Assembly: GCF_009914755.1 (NCBI RefSeq)
Contig: NC_060943.1
DNA from: the human T2T-CHM13v2.0 reference genome, Homo sapiens
Strand: one strand, 5' to 3'
Length of the DNA: 64,000 bases
The first letter of the stretch is position 1. Each line of letters starts with the position of its first letter. A program made the translations under genes and the position numbers. The notes beneath the pieces were generated by a model that saw nothing but the letters and a program-made list of their open reading frames with translations, searched no databases and was not told the DNA's origin. Shown piece by piece: positions 1 through 64,000 of the stretch.

Positions 1-2960
<2,960 letters not shown>

Positions 2961-3327
2961 TTTTTAAATACTTAAAAAAAAAAAGAAAGAAAACAGAAGC
3001 AGGTAAAATGAGACCACAAAAAAGCAAACGGGACAAATTCAGATGGTGGGATGATCAACTGAACTAGAATTAGTTTCTTCAATGAATCGATTACACCAAG
3101 AAATAACCAAAGTGGAGTGGAAGGGGGAACAGTTCTAAATTAAGAGAGATGTAAAAGACGATAGCAATTACTTAACTATATCCTGATTCCAACAAACCCA
3201 CAGTTACACTGGACTTGACTCTGCACCACGTAATGGATAGTAGTCTAGAATTACGGTTGTTCTTTTAAAGTGTGATGATGGTATTGTGGTCATATCAGCA
3301 ATGTTTCTGGTTTTTACACACGCACCC

Positions 3328-3770
3328 TGTTAGATAAAATTTATAGAAGGTCATTGGTTTGGATTAAGCTCCTGCACTAGGTTCAACAGACCAAACCAAA
3401 ATGGAGACACTCATGCTAAAGTTCCATGCTTCCAAGCCAAAACTAAGTTGATATCTGATCTTCTGAGATATCAGGAGAGAGATAATAGCCAAATCCCCAA
3501 ACAACCCAGTTTTAGCCCACCTGATAAAGGAAGTCCCCTCTACTTTAACCTTTAACTTAGAAATTTAATCAAGTTAATCAATTTAATCAACTAGCTTTTT
3601 GTTTTCCGTTTCTGATTTTCTCAGCCCTTTGTCTCTGAAAACAACCTCTGCTCAGCTCATCGGAACACTCACGCTATTTTCCATAATTAGATGTTGTTTG
3701 ATTGTAGATTCACGAATAAATGCCAATTAAGATCTTCTCACTAAATGTGTTGCAATTTTGTCTTTTGACA
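3328..3770 (+). mobile_element. Solo LTR, probably ERV1 class (MER34/MER39-like)
   Basis: TG...CA termini, 443 bp, AATAAA at 3715-3720, near-match 4-bp flanks ACCC/ATCC. Subfamily is from memory only. Confidence 0.55.
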
Positions 3771-4546
3771 ATCCTTAAGTGTCATGATGCCTACGATTTG
3801 TTTTAATCTCTTTAAGTTTAAAAAAATACAGCAAGTATGGCAAAAATAATCATTGGTGATTTGGGTGACAGGAATTCCTGTATTCTTCTCTCACTTTTAT
3901 ATAAGTTTGAACATTTTCGTAAGAAAACATTAACATCAAACTGCCTCAAGGACCGTTCAAGCCCCAAGTTCACAGAATTAGCAGCACAATCAGAATGGGA
4001 ATCCATGACTGCCTGACCCCGAAGCTCCACACAAGAAAACGTGAATCCCTGCACCAACCCCGAAAGGGAAGGGGCTGTCAAAAAGGTGAAGAGAAGGTGG
4101 CGATGGATGACTGCACAATCTAGTATCGCCCGCCGTCCCACCACAGTCTGAGAAACTGAGGCCAGGAAAGGAGTTCTCCCTCCTCAACTCCCACTCCTTA
4201 GACCCCCAGCAATCCCAGTCCACTCCTTCCCTTGGGACCACCAGCAAATAGCCATCATCTACAGCAGAACTGTAACTCTCAGGAGAACTGGCCGATGCTA
4301 GCTACCACTTGACTGAGTTTATAGTGAGAGAGAGAGACAAAGAGAGAACTGCCCGATGGACGGTTGGCCACCTCCAGCAGAGTGTAGTTCAGCTTCAAAC
4401 TTGGGGCGCCCGGACAGCTGTATTAATAATGATTGACAGGGAATCGGGAATCCAAAATCTTGCCCCAGTCTCCCTCAAGACCCCAGGCCTCTAGCCCGCA
4501 GGAAAGCGATCCCAGCAACACTCTTCCTGCACCGCCTCGAACTCAC

Positions 4547-4640
4547 CTCACTAACGACTCCCAGTCCCTCGGTCGCTTCTTCAACTGTGCCCCGACACCG
4601 GAAAGGAGCACTATTTTCCCCCTCCGCTCCGCCCACTTCC
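4547..4640 (-). other. NOSIP: NOSIP non-coding first exon (5' boundary approximate); intron 1 extends past position 1
   Basis: Minus-strand donor GAG|GTGAGT at 4547/4546 inside a CpG/ETS promoter. Identity is from recalled synteny (NOSIP head-to-head with PRRG2); no NOSIP coding sequence is in the window. Confidence 0.75.
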
Positions 4641-4780
4641 GCCCAGCAGAAGGCACCGGAAGTAGAGCTGCCCCTAGTTGCGGAAGTGCCTCGCCTGGCT
4701 TGCTCAAGTCCTCTCTTCTCTTTCTCTCTCCGGAAACGTGAGTAGCTAATCGAAAGTTCCGGATATTGAAACTGGTGGGA
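4600..4780. promoter_or_regulatory. Bidirectional CpG promoter with clustered ETS/GABP and GC-box motifs
   Basis: ACTTCCGC 4635-4642, CCGGAAGT 4656-4663, GCGGAAGTG 4680-4688, CCGCCC boxes; outward-facing splice donors on both strands. Confidence 0.75.
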
Positions 4781-5379
4781 ATATGGGGAACGCTTACTAT
4801 GTACGAGGCATTTCCCAGGGAGATCGTTTTTTCCTGCTTGGTTCCCAGGTTTTGAGTCTCTCCAAGCCCAAATTTAAGGACTAATCACTTCCCCTAGAGA
4901 TCGGGAAGCCCACTTTCCCAAATATATCATCCACTTTTCTTGCTGCATCTTAAAACAATTGAGAAGAGACAACTACGCTCCCATTTTACAGACAGAGCCA
5001 TTGGGAAATTGAAAATCAAAGCCGTTCAAGTCGCTCTCAGGAAACAGGGATTTACTGCGGCACTGCCCAGCTGTCCCAGGGACTAAGGCATATCGTTCCC
5101 GCTAGTTTCTAGATACCTAGAGACCTAGATATTAATTTTTCTAGCTCGGACAGACGAACTCCCAGGGGAGAGCCAGAGCGGGTAGGGGTCGGGAGGGAGG
5201 AGGAGGGTCGAATCTAATCCCCCAGGTACCCCATGGTATTCGACACCTTGGCTTCCTCATGGAGCTCTGGCCTTTAAGTCCTTTATCCCAAGGTCCCTTT
5301 AAATACTTTGTCCCTTACCTGAGTCCCGCCCAGGGCAGGTAATGGCAAGTTCCGCCCACCTGCCAGAAACCGGGATCAG

Positions 5380-5513
5380 GCCTGGTTACCGGGAGTGGGG
5401 CGCCCCTCCTCCTTATCCCCTCCCCTCTTCCCTGTCCCCTTTCACAGCTGGCTGTAGCTGGCCAAGGAGTTCTCGATTAAAGAGGAAGGGGCAGTGCTCA
5501 CATTTCTGGGCAG
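5380..5513 (+). other. PRRG2: PRRG2 non-coding exon 1 (start approximate)
   Basis: Perfect donor CAG|GTAAGT at 5513/5514, downstream of GC boxes and TATA-like TTTAAATA (5298-5305); next exon carries the ATG. Confidence 0.7.
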
Positions 5514-5964
5514 GTAAGTGAATGTCCCTGGAGGAAGAGCCTGGCTTGGGGACCCAGGCATCCTGGCTCCCCGCCCCTCCGAGACCCAGAAGTTTGGGGC
5601 TCCTAGGCCCAGGAGTCCAGGGCCCCTGCCCACTTAGGTCCCTAGACCCAATAATATAACTAATCCCCTGCCTCTGCCTCTCTCGTAATCTTTGTTGTCT
5701 GTGGGTGGATGTGACAATGAGCACAGAAAGAGGCACAAGTGGAAATTACCAGGAAGGGAAGACTCCAGATCACCAGTGGACATGTTTATAAGCATCTGTG
5801 TCAGGTGCTGTAGACACAGTGGGGAAAGAAAGATAAGCTGCCTGCTCCTTGCTTTCTTCTCTGGCGGACACTGCCTTCACTGAAATCCTGGCTCTCACAC
5901 TTGCACACTGTGTGACCTTCGGCAAGCTATATTACCTCTCTGTGCCTCAGTTTCCTGTTCTCTA

Positions 5965-14414
<8,450 letters not shown>

Positions 14415-14956
14415 AGAGCTGCTTTCGAGACCCGGCTCTCCGAACCGTGCCCCTGATTCATACCGGATTCCGGAAGCCGCTAGGCCTCATAGACGCCGAA
14501 GCTGGACTTGGAGTGGGGAATGGTGGGAGTAGGGGTCATCCGGCCCGAGGCCTGCCCTGGCACACGCGTTTCCGCCGCGTATGGATATACACATGTTTTC
14601 GGCAACGTGTTCCCGTGTCCTGGCCCCTCACGGGCCCCCACACTCTCCTGACCGTGAGGGCACTGGTCAGTTCCGCCCCCGTGGTAGGCAGACGCGCGGG
14701 GAAATTCGGACCCAGGAGCCCAGCCCCGGCTGTGCCATCTTGTGTATGGGCAGATATGACCTGACAGCCCCCTCCAGTGCCACAGGGTACGCACACGCAG
14801 AGCCCCGCCTGTGCACACGCGTGTCTTCGTGCACTCCCCGTGCGGTACAGGGGCACTTCGTAACCCAGGGAAAGGGCGGGGGGCATATTTGCAAGCGCGC
14901 TCGGTGCGGGCAGGCTCGCATTGCACCCAGGGAGCTGGAGTTGAGCTGTTCCCCTA

Positions 14957-14962
14957 AATAAA
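14957..14962 (+). terminator. PRRG2: PRRG2 polyadenylation signal AATAAA
   Basis: First AATAAA seen after the stop codon, ~540 nt downstream. Confidence 0.8.
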
Positions 14963-15430
14963 AACCCTTCGGAAAGGAGACCAAAAAAAGCAGAAATAAT
15001 GCAAAAAATAATAATGAAATGAACTGCGATCCCGGGCGCATCGGAACTGGTTTTCTGTGCAAACGCGCCCTACACCCCCAGGCCCTGCTCGCGCTCAGTC
15101 TCTCTCTCACTCTCCCTTTTTTTTTTTTTTTTTTTTTTGCATTTGCACGGGATTGTGGGAGGAAGCGGAGCGCAGCCAGACACCCCGCCGCCCGCCCCCC
15201 CTTCCCCTCCCCCCTCCCCCAGCCGCCTTGTGCAAAGATGGCTGCACCGTGAGCGCAGAGGAGGAGGAGGCGGCGGCGGCGGCGGCGAGAGAGCGAGCAC
15301 CCAGCGCCTGCACCCACCCCGGGGCCGCCCGGGACGCCCCCTCCCGAGCGCGCGCCCCCCCTTTTCTCTCGCAAGCGCCGGGGCAAAGGCGGAGACAGCG
15401 GGGTCCCTCCTCCCCCCTTCCCTCCTCTAG

Positions 15431-49640
<34,210 letters not shown>

Positions 49641-50694
49641 CCCCGCCCCAGCTTGTGAGGGGGGCGCCTCCTCCATGAACCGAGAATTGGGACAGAACCG
49701 TGTCCTCAGGAGCTAACACCTGGGCTCCATCGCCGGGGAAAGGGGGTCATGGGTCAGGGTGTGTCTGTGCTGCCCCCTCCAGGGCAGGGTTCAAAGTCCG
49801 ACTCCCCCCCTCTCCCAAGCCCCCTCCACTCCCTCCCCATTCCTCCCACTGTTCGGTGTACAGAGAAATTATTTATATATATGTATAAATGTCTATTTAG
49901 TAACGGTTTCCCTCTCCCCTTGCCCCGACCCCCCCTCCACAGCCACAGCCCCCGCCCCCTCCACCTTGTACATAATGTATAGGAAAAGTCTATGTATGGC
50001 TGGGGGGGGTGGGGTGGCTTCAGAGAGCTGGGGGACCCCTTCCCCCCAAGTCCCCCCTGCAGGCCAAGATCTTTGCTAAAGGCCATTCCCTCCGCAGGGC
50101 ATTTGGCGTCGGGTGGGAGGGGAAAACGCATCTTGTTAATTATTTTTAATCTTATTTATTGTACATACCTGGGGCAGGGGCTTGGGGAGGTGGAGGGGGG
50201 AGAAGGGTCCCCTCTCTCTGCCCCTCCCACTCCTTTTCTACGGCGATTTGTCTGTGTCTGGCCCCCACCCACTGCCCATCCCCCATTGTTGTCTGGATGT
50301 GGTTCTATTTTTTATCGGTCTCCTTTCCCCTCCTCCCCGTTCTCGCCCCCGCCCCACCCCCTGCTCCCACTACCCTTTGTCTCTTGCTCTTTCTTGGGCT
50401 TCTGTACAACTCAACTTGTATACACTGTGTACACACAACCAGCCAAACGAAAACCCAACGGCAAACACTTTACCGGCAGGCTGGAGTGCCTCTGTCCTGC
50501 GGCGCTGGAGTGGGTGGCAGTGGTAGCAGGGGCAGAGGTTCTGGAACGGGACTTTCCCAGAGCCCTGGGCAGTGGGGGGCCTGAGGCTGGCATATGTTCT
50601 GTGTCCCCGCACAGCAGAGTATCCCACCCTGAAATTTAATGACTTCAGACAACAAATATTTATCACTGGGGGGTTTCTTTTGTTTTTTAGCTAA

Positions 50695-50958
<264 letters not shown>

Positions 50959-51527
50959 TAGTGTTTTGTTTTGGTTTTTTTTTTTGAGACAGAGTCTCGC
51001 TCTGTCACCCAGCCTGGAGTGCAGTGGTTCGATCTTGGCTCATGCAACCTCAGCCTCCCCGGTTCAAGCGATTCTCCTGCCTCAGCCTCCCAAGTAGCTG
51101 GGATTACAGGGGCCTACCACTACATCCAGCAAATTTTTGTATTTTTAGTAGAAACCAGGTTTCACCATGTCGGCCAGGCTGGTCTCGAACTCCTGACCTC
51201 AAGTGATCTGCCAGCCTCAGCCTTCCAAAGAGATTACAGGTGTGAGCCACTGCGCCCGGCCTCAAGTCCTGTATTCTTGAATCCAAGTGAGTGGTCCATG
51301 GTACAGCACTCTTGGAGTTCCCCAAGCACTTGTATAAATGTAGAATCGGCACAGGCAGCAGACGAGGAGAGGGCAGGTTGAATAGGGCTGTTTCTCCTCC
51401 TCCCACCCTTAAAGGAAAAGATGTAGAATCTCAGGCTGTTGCTCTGGTCTACTTGATCAGAACCCACTTTTTAGTAAAATGCCGAGAGGATTCTCAAGCA
51501 CATTCAAGTTTGAAGAACCGTGTTCTA

Positions 51528-51968
<441 letters not shown>

Positions 51969-52086
51969 TTAGTCCGTGGGTAGGGACCCAGTGTGAGATT
52001 TGAGGGTGGAACATCAGCATTCCAGATGCCCTTTTAGGTGAGATTCAGGGAGAACCCTCATCGTTCTAGAACCTTGAGTATTGTTC

Positions 52087-52540
<454 letters not shown>

Positions 52541-53163
52541 TGATCCGCCTGCCTCGGCCTCCCAAAGTGCTGGGATTACAGGCAAGAGCCATCGTGCCTG
52601 GCCACATGTTACAGATTTTAGATCCTGGTTTCAGACTAGAGGATGGATAGTAGCATTTGAGAACCATAATGGGTGAGTCAACAATAGACCATGAAGCCAG
52701 GCGTGGTGGCTCACGGTTGTAATCCCAGCACTTTGGGAGGTGGAGATGAGCGGATCACCTGAGGTCAGGAGTTTGAGACCGGTCTGGCCAGCATGGTAAA
52801 AACCTTCTTTTTTTTTTTTTTGAGACGGAGTCTCCCTCTGTTTCCCAGGCTGGAGTGCAGTGGCACTATATTGACTCACTGCAACCTCCGCCTCCCAAGT
52901 TCAAGCGATTGTCCTGCCTCTGCCTTGTGAGTAGCTGGGATAACAGGTGCATGCCACCACTCCCGGCTAATTTTTGTATTTTTAGTAGAGACAGGGTTTC
53001 ACCATGTTGATCAGGCTGGTCTCGAACTCCTGACCTCATGATCTGCCCTTCTTGGCCTCCCAAAGTGCTGGGATTACAGGCATGAGCCACTGTGCCCAGC
53101 CAACCCTATCTCTCTTAAAATTACAGAAATTAGCCAGGCATAGTGGCTTGTGCCTGCTACTCA

Positions 53164-53277
<114 letters not shown>

Positions 53278-53997
53278 TTAAAAAGGATCATGAACTTTCT
53301 AGAATCATTGAGTTAAGAGGGCTGAGTACAAACCATTATTGTGCTTGAACTGTGGCCTATAGCATGTGGGGGTGCAGCCTTTGATGGAAAGCCATACATT
53401 CAAGGTCCTGGACTAGACTGTCAAACTGAGGCCAAATGCCAGGTGACAGTGGCTCATGCCTATAATCCCAGCACTCTGGGAGGCCAAGGCAGGAGGATTG
53501 CTTGAGTCCAGCCTGGGCAACATGGTGAGATCCTCATGTCTCCAGAAAAAAAAAAAAGCTAAAATTGAGGCCAAAGGATTGGCATTGTCCCAGGTCAGAG
53601 TTCCAGGATGGAAAACGGGTGGAGTATTCTTTTTCTTTTTTCTTTTTGAGACAGAGTCTCGCTTTGTTACCCAAGCTTGGGTGCAGTGGCATGATCTTGG
53701 CTCACTGCAACCTCCGCCTCCTGGGTTCAAGCCATTCTTCTGCCTCAAGCTTCCTGAGTAACTGGGACTACAGGCACGTGCCACCAGGTCCAATTAATTT
53801 TTGTGTTTTTAGTAGTGACGGGATTTCACCATGTTGGCCAGGATGGTCTCTAACTCCTGATCTCAGGTACTCCACCCGCCCTGGCCTCCCAAAGTGCTGG
53901 GATTGATTAGAGGTATGAGCCACCGCGCTCGGCCGGGAGTGGAGTGTTGTGAGCGTGGACAGTGAGGTCAGGAATCATCCCTTTAGGGACAGAATCA

Positions 53998-54420
<423 letters not shown>

Positions 54421-54539
54421 TTATGCCTGTAATCCCAGCAAATTGGGAGGCCAAGGTGGGACGATCACCTGAGGTCGGAAGTTCAAGACCAGCCTGACCA
54501 ACATGGAGAAACCCCGTCTCTACTGAAAATACAAAATCA

Positions 54540-54927
<388 letters not shown>

Positions 54928-55507
54928 TCAGGGGAGGGGAGGAACCGAATACATAATTTCTGGCACTAACAGTACCTAGGGAGATGCCAGCCTTTTTGCT
55001 GTTGTGTGTTGATCTTTGGGACACTGGTGGCTGTAAACCTTCCAAAAATGGTCTGCCAGTTGTCTTGAGCATTTGGGGGGCAAGCGGTAACTTTAATCAC
55101 CTTCTCAAAGTGCATCTTGGTCCTACTAGAAGCAGGGTGCCCCAGCCAAGAAGTTGGCCCCATCGGGCAGTGCAGGAAAGACTCTGATCCTCTGCAGGGG
55201 GCATGTGGATGGTGAGATCTGGGAAGAGAGATGTTGGCACAGGACTCCTTCCTGTTGGGGGCTCAGTACCCGCAGCTGGGGCTTAGGTGGAAGTGTCAGA
55301 GCTTGTTTGGAAACTGATCAAAACATTGCCCACCCTCTTGCCCCACCACTCCCCATCCAGCAGGGGTGGACCCCTGGTGTGCAGAGTTCCTAGCAGGGAA
55401 GAGAGCCAACATGTGACAGTACATCCGAGCTGTACTTTTTCCCAGGGCAGAAGGTTGAGAACAGGCCAAAGATTCTGTGATAATAGAACCCGGAAAGGGA
55501 TATTTAG

Positions 55508-55764
<257 letters not shown>

Positions 55765-57512
55765 TGATTCGCCCGCCTTGCCCTACCAAAGTGCTGGGAT
55801 TACAGGCGTGAGCCACTGCGCCCAGCCTGCTAATCCGTGTTCTAATCCGGGATACAGAGGGACATTCATGGTTCTGGGGCAGAATGGAGACATGTCAGCC
55901 ACAGTCATTGATGGTGAGCACTTAGTATGCGCCGGGCTCATTCCTCCTCTGCAATCGTCTCCTTTAGTCTCGTGCTCACCCTGTGAAGTAGCTTTGTACT
56001 TACCCCCATTTTACAGATGAGACTGAGGTGGCAGAGCTGGATTTGAATTCAGGCATCCCGGTCACGCAAAGGCCATGCTCCACCCTAGGACTAGGAAGCA
56101 GGTTCCAGGGTGGGTGCGAGTAGAGCATTCAGGGATCAGGGGCCTGGGTATAGGGAGCAGATGTTTGACTGCTGATAGGTTTCAGGTGGAGCCTCAAGTT
56201 CAGGGCATGGGGACATCTCGGTTGAGGTGTTTTGTTTTGTTTTTGTTTTTTTTGAGATGGACTCTCGCTCTGTCGTCCAGGCTAGAGTGCAGTGGCGCAA
56301 TCTCGGCTCACTGCAACTCCACCTCCTGGGTTCACACCATTCTTCTGCCTCAGTCTCCTGAGTAGCTGGGACTATAGGCGCCTGCCACCATGCCCAGCTA
56401 ATTTTTTGTATTTTTAGTAGAGACGGGGTTTCACTGTGTTAGCCAGGATGGTCTCGATCTCCTGACCTTGTGATCCACCCGCCTCAGCCTCCCAAAGTGC
56501 TGGGATTACAAGCATGAGCCACCGCGCCCGGCCGGTTGAGGTTTTTAGCCTGGTGTGTTGGGTAGATTTGGGGCTTTAAAGATGGCCGGTCACACAGGCT
56601 TGGGAGGTGGGTGGACAGTGGTCTCCAGTTGGCTTCAGCCTTCCAGGGTAGCAAATAGTGGGCAGGACTGCTCCTCCCCCAACCAGAGCTTAGGTTGGAT
56701 GTGGGAGAGTCCTAAGTGTCCCCAGGCTGGGCATGGTGGATCATGCCTGTAAATCCCAGAGCTTTGGGAGGCCGAGGCAGGAGGATTGCTTAAAGGGAGG
56801 AGTTCAAGACCAGCCTGGGCCACATAGCGAGACCCCATCTCTACAACAAAATGAAAAATTAGCCAAGTGTGCACTCGTAGTCCCAGCTACTTGGGAGGCT
56901 GAGGCAGGAGGATTGCTTGAGCCCAGGAGGTTGAGGCTACAGAGTTGTGATCACGCGACTGCACTCCAGCCTGGGCAACACAGTGACACCCTGTCTCAAA
57001 TAAATAAATAAAATGTAAAAAACGAAGTGTTCCTAGGACACAGATGGGCTTTGGGTATCCAGACTGAAGTGTGTCATCCATTTACCCACTGTGGCCTTAA
57101 GACACCCAACACTTCTGCTTCTCCCAGGACAGAATAGGGGGTTGGATGGGGGATGTCCACACTGACCCCAAATTGGATTAAGTGTTTAGATTCAGATTTC
57201 AGTGCTACTGGGAACTTTCTGAAAATGAGGACTTGCCAGACGGCTGCTTGGACACCATTCCACCCACCTGTCCCTTCTCGATATACATTGAAGGTGAGAG
57301 TGGGACAGGCAGGGTTTGTAGCAGTTGCTCCCTGTCTCTATTTTTGTAGACAGAGTCTAGCTCTTGCCCAGGCTGGTCTCAAACTCCTGGCCTCAAGTGA
57401 TCCACCCATTTCGGTCTCCCAAAGTACTGGGCTTACAAGCGTGAGCTACCACACCCAGCTGAGTTGCTGCCTGTCTCCAATGTCCTAGAACGTTCTATTG
57501 GAATGTTCTAGA

Positions 57513-58661
57513 AAGCACTATCCAATAGCCCACTCAGCAATGATAGGAATGTTGTCTATCTGCCCTATCTATTAAGATAGCCACTAGAGGCTGGGTGCGG
57601 TGGCTCACGCCTGTAATCCCAGCCCTTTGGGAGGCCGAGGTGGGCAGATCACTTGAGGCCAGGAGTTCCAGACCAGTCTGGCCAACGTGGCGAAACCCCG
57701 TCTCTACCAAAAATACAAAAATTAGCCGGGCATGGTGGCATGCGCCTGTAGTCCCAGGTACTCAGGAGGTTGAGGCAGGAGAATCACTTGAGCCCAGGAA
57801 ACAGAGGTTGCAGCAACTGGAGATCCTGCCACTGCACTCCAGCCTGGGTGACAGAGCGAGACTCTTGTCTAAAAAAAAAAAAAGTCACTAGCCACATGTG
57901 ACAACTGAGGTCTTGAAATGTTGATTTGACTGAGGAACTAAGTTTTATTAAAATATTTTTTATTTTGTTGTTGTTGTTGTATTTAAGACGGAGTCTCGCT
58001 CTGTTGCACAGGCTAGAGTGCAATGGCACAATCTCGGCTCTCTGCAAACTCCACCTCCCGGGTTCAAGCTATTCTCATGTCTCAGCCTCCTGAGAAGCTG
58101 GGATTACAGGCGCCCACCAATGCGCCCGGCTAATTTTCGTATTTTTAATAGAGACAGGGTTTCACCATGTTGGTCAGGTTGGTCTTGAACTCCCGACCTC
58201 AGGTGATCCATCCGCGTGGGCCTCCCAAAGTGCTGGGATTACAGGCGTGAGCCATCGCGCCTGGCCTTTATTTTTATTTTTTTAATTTTTTATTTATTTA
58301 TTTTTTGAGACAGTCTTGCTGTCGCCCAGGCTGGAGTACAGTGGCATCACCTTGGCTCACTGCAATTTCTGTCTCCCAGGCTCAAGCGATCCTCCTACCT
58401 CAGCCTCCTGAGTAGCTGGGACTACAGGCATGTGCCACCACACCCAGCTAATTTTTGTATTTTTGGTAGAGATGGGGGCGGGGGGGGGGTCTCACTTTAT
58501 TGCCCAGGCTGGTCTCGAACTCCTGAGATTAAGCGATCTGCCCACCTCAGCCTCCCAAAATGCTGGGATTACAGGCATAACCCACTGCATCCAGCCAAAT
58601 TTTATTTAATTTTAATTTAAATAGCCACATGTAGCTTCTGCCTACCATATTGAAGAGCGCA
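57513..58661. mobile_element. MER3-like hAT element split by Alu insertions
   Basis: TCCAATAG...TAGCCACTAG / CCACATGTG...TTGAAATGT / ATTTAAATAGCCACATG fragments; flanks GTTCTAGA and ATTCTATA resemble an 8-bp TSD. Confidence 0.55.
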
Positions 58662-58785
58662 TTCTATAACTTTCTAGGAAAAAAAATTCCTTCATCAGAT
58701 GTTCAAAGTTTATCCCAAGAAAATACCCATAAGGTCAAGAGATTGAGACCATCCTGGCTAACATGGTAAAACCCCGCCTCTACTA

Positions 58786-59045
<260 letters not shown>

Positions 59046-59341
59046 TTATAAACTTCTTCTGCTCCTCCCCAAGCAATAGGTTCTAGATGCGAGGGTTCTA
59101 GGTGGAGGGAGGCCTTAGAACATGTGTGCCCTGAATTCGTTCACCTTCCCAGAGTTCATTCCCCCACCCTTTTTTTTTAAGAGATGGGGGTCTCGCTATG
59201 CTGCCCAGGCTGGTCAAAAACTCCTGGACTCAAGCGGTCCTCCCGCATTGGCCTCCCAAAATGCTGCGATTACAGGAGTGAGCCACAGTGCCCGACCCTC
59301 ATTACCTTTTTAGAAAGCACCTCCTGACGTTGGCAGTGACA

Positions 59342-59347
59342 TTTATT
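59342..59347 (-). terminator. RRAS: RRAS polyadenylation signal AATAAA
   Basis: TTTATT on + strand, ~260 nt past the stop codon. Confidence 0.85.
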
Positions 59348-59608
59348 TTTCTGGGGGAGGGGAGTTATATACAGCAGTGACCCGGAGCCCCTCACCCCCA
59401 CCAGGCTTAGGTGGGGACAGGAGGCGTTGGCAGAAGGCACACAGTGGCAGTAGCCCAGAAGAGGCCAGGAAGTAAGGGTGGGTATGTGATGTGTCCTGGG
59501 AGACCCAGATGAGGAAATTGAGGCTCAGTGAGGGCCTCAGGTCACACAGCAAGGTGCGAAGGCAGCTAGTCCCGAGAGCTTGTGGTGGTTGCTTCTCTCT
59601 TGCCTGGG

Positions 59609-64000
<4,392 letters not shown>

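Overview
Human genomic DNA, very Alu-dense and GC-rich, recognisable as the chr19q13.33 NOSIP-PRRG2-PRR12-RRAS cluster. It holds the non-coding first exon of NOSIP (minus strand, ~4547-4640, intron 1 running off the left edge), all of PRRG2 (+, 6 coding exons, 202 aa by my splice reconstruction), all of PRR12 (+, 14 coding exons, 2036 aa) and RRAS exons 2-6 plus the end of exon 1 (minus). Splice phases add up for all three coding genes. Almost every other ORF in the track is Alu, VNTR or antisense-shadow noise. The strongest unexplained structure is a ~470-bp unique island in PRRG2 intron 4 with 3 near-perfect and 2 degenerate 29-bp palindromes built from RFX-type half-sites (GTTGCTARGG-N9-CCYTAGCAAC), separated by unrelated spacers. 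Other leads: an in-frame PRRG2 exon 6 to PRR12 exon 2 read-through junction, a 7-CCAAT cluster in PRR12 intron 2, a TGCAAA cluster over the PRR12 promoter, a strong-Kozak uORF, a stop-free 81-nt intron, Pumilio sites in a 3'UTR with no canonical poly(A) hexamer, and candidate antisense first exons. Gene and repeat names come from recognition; no database search was run.
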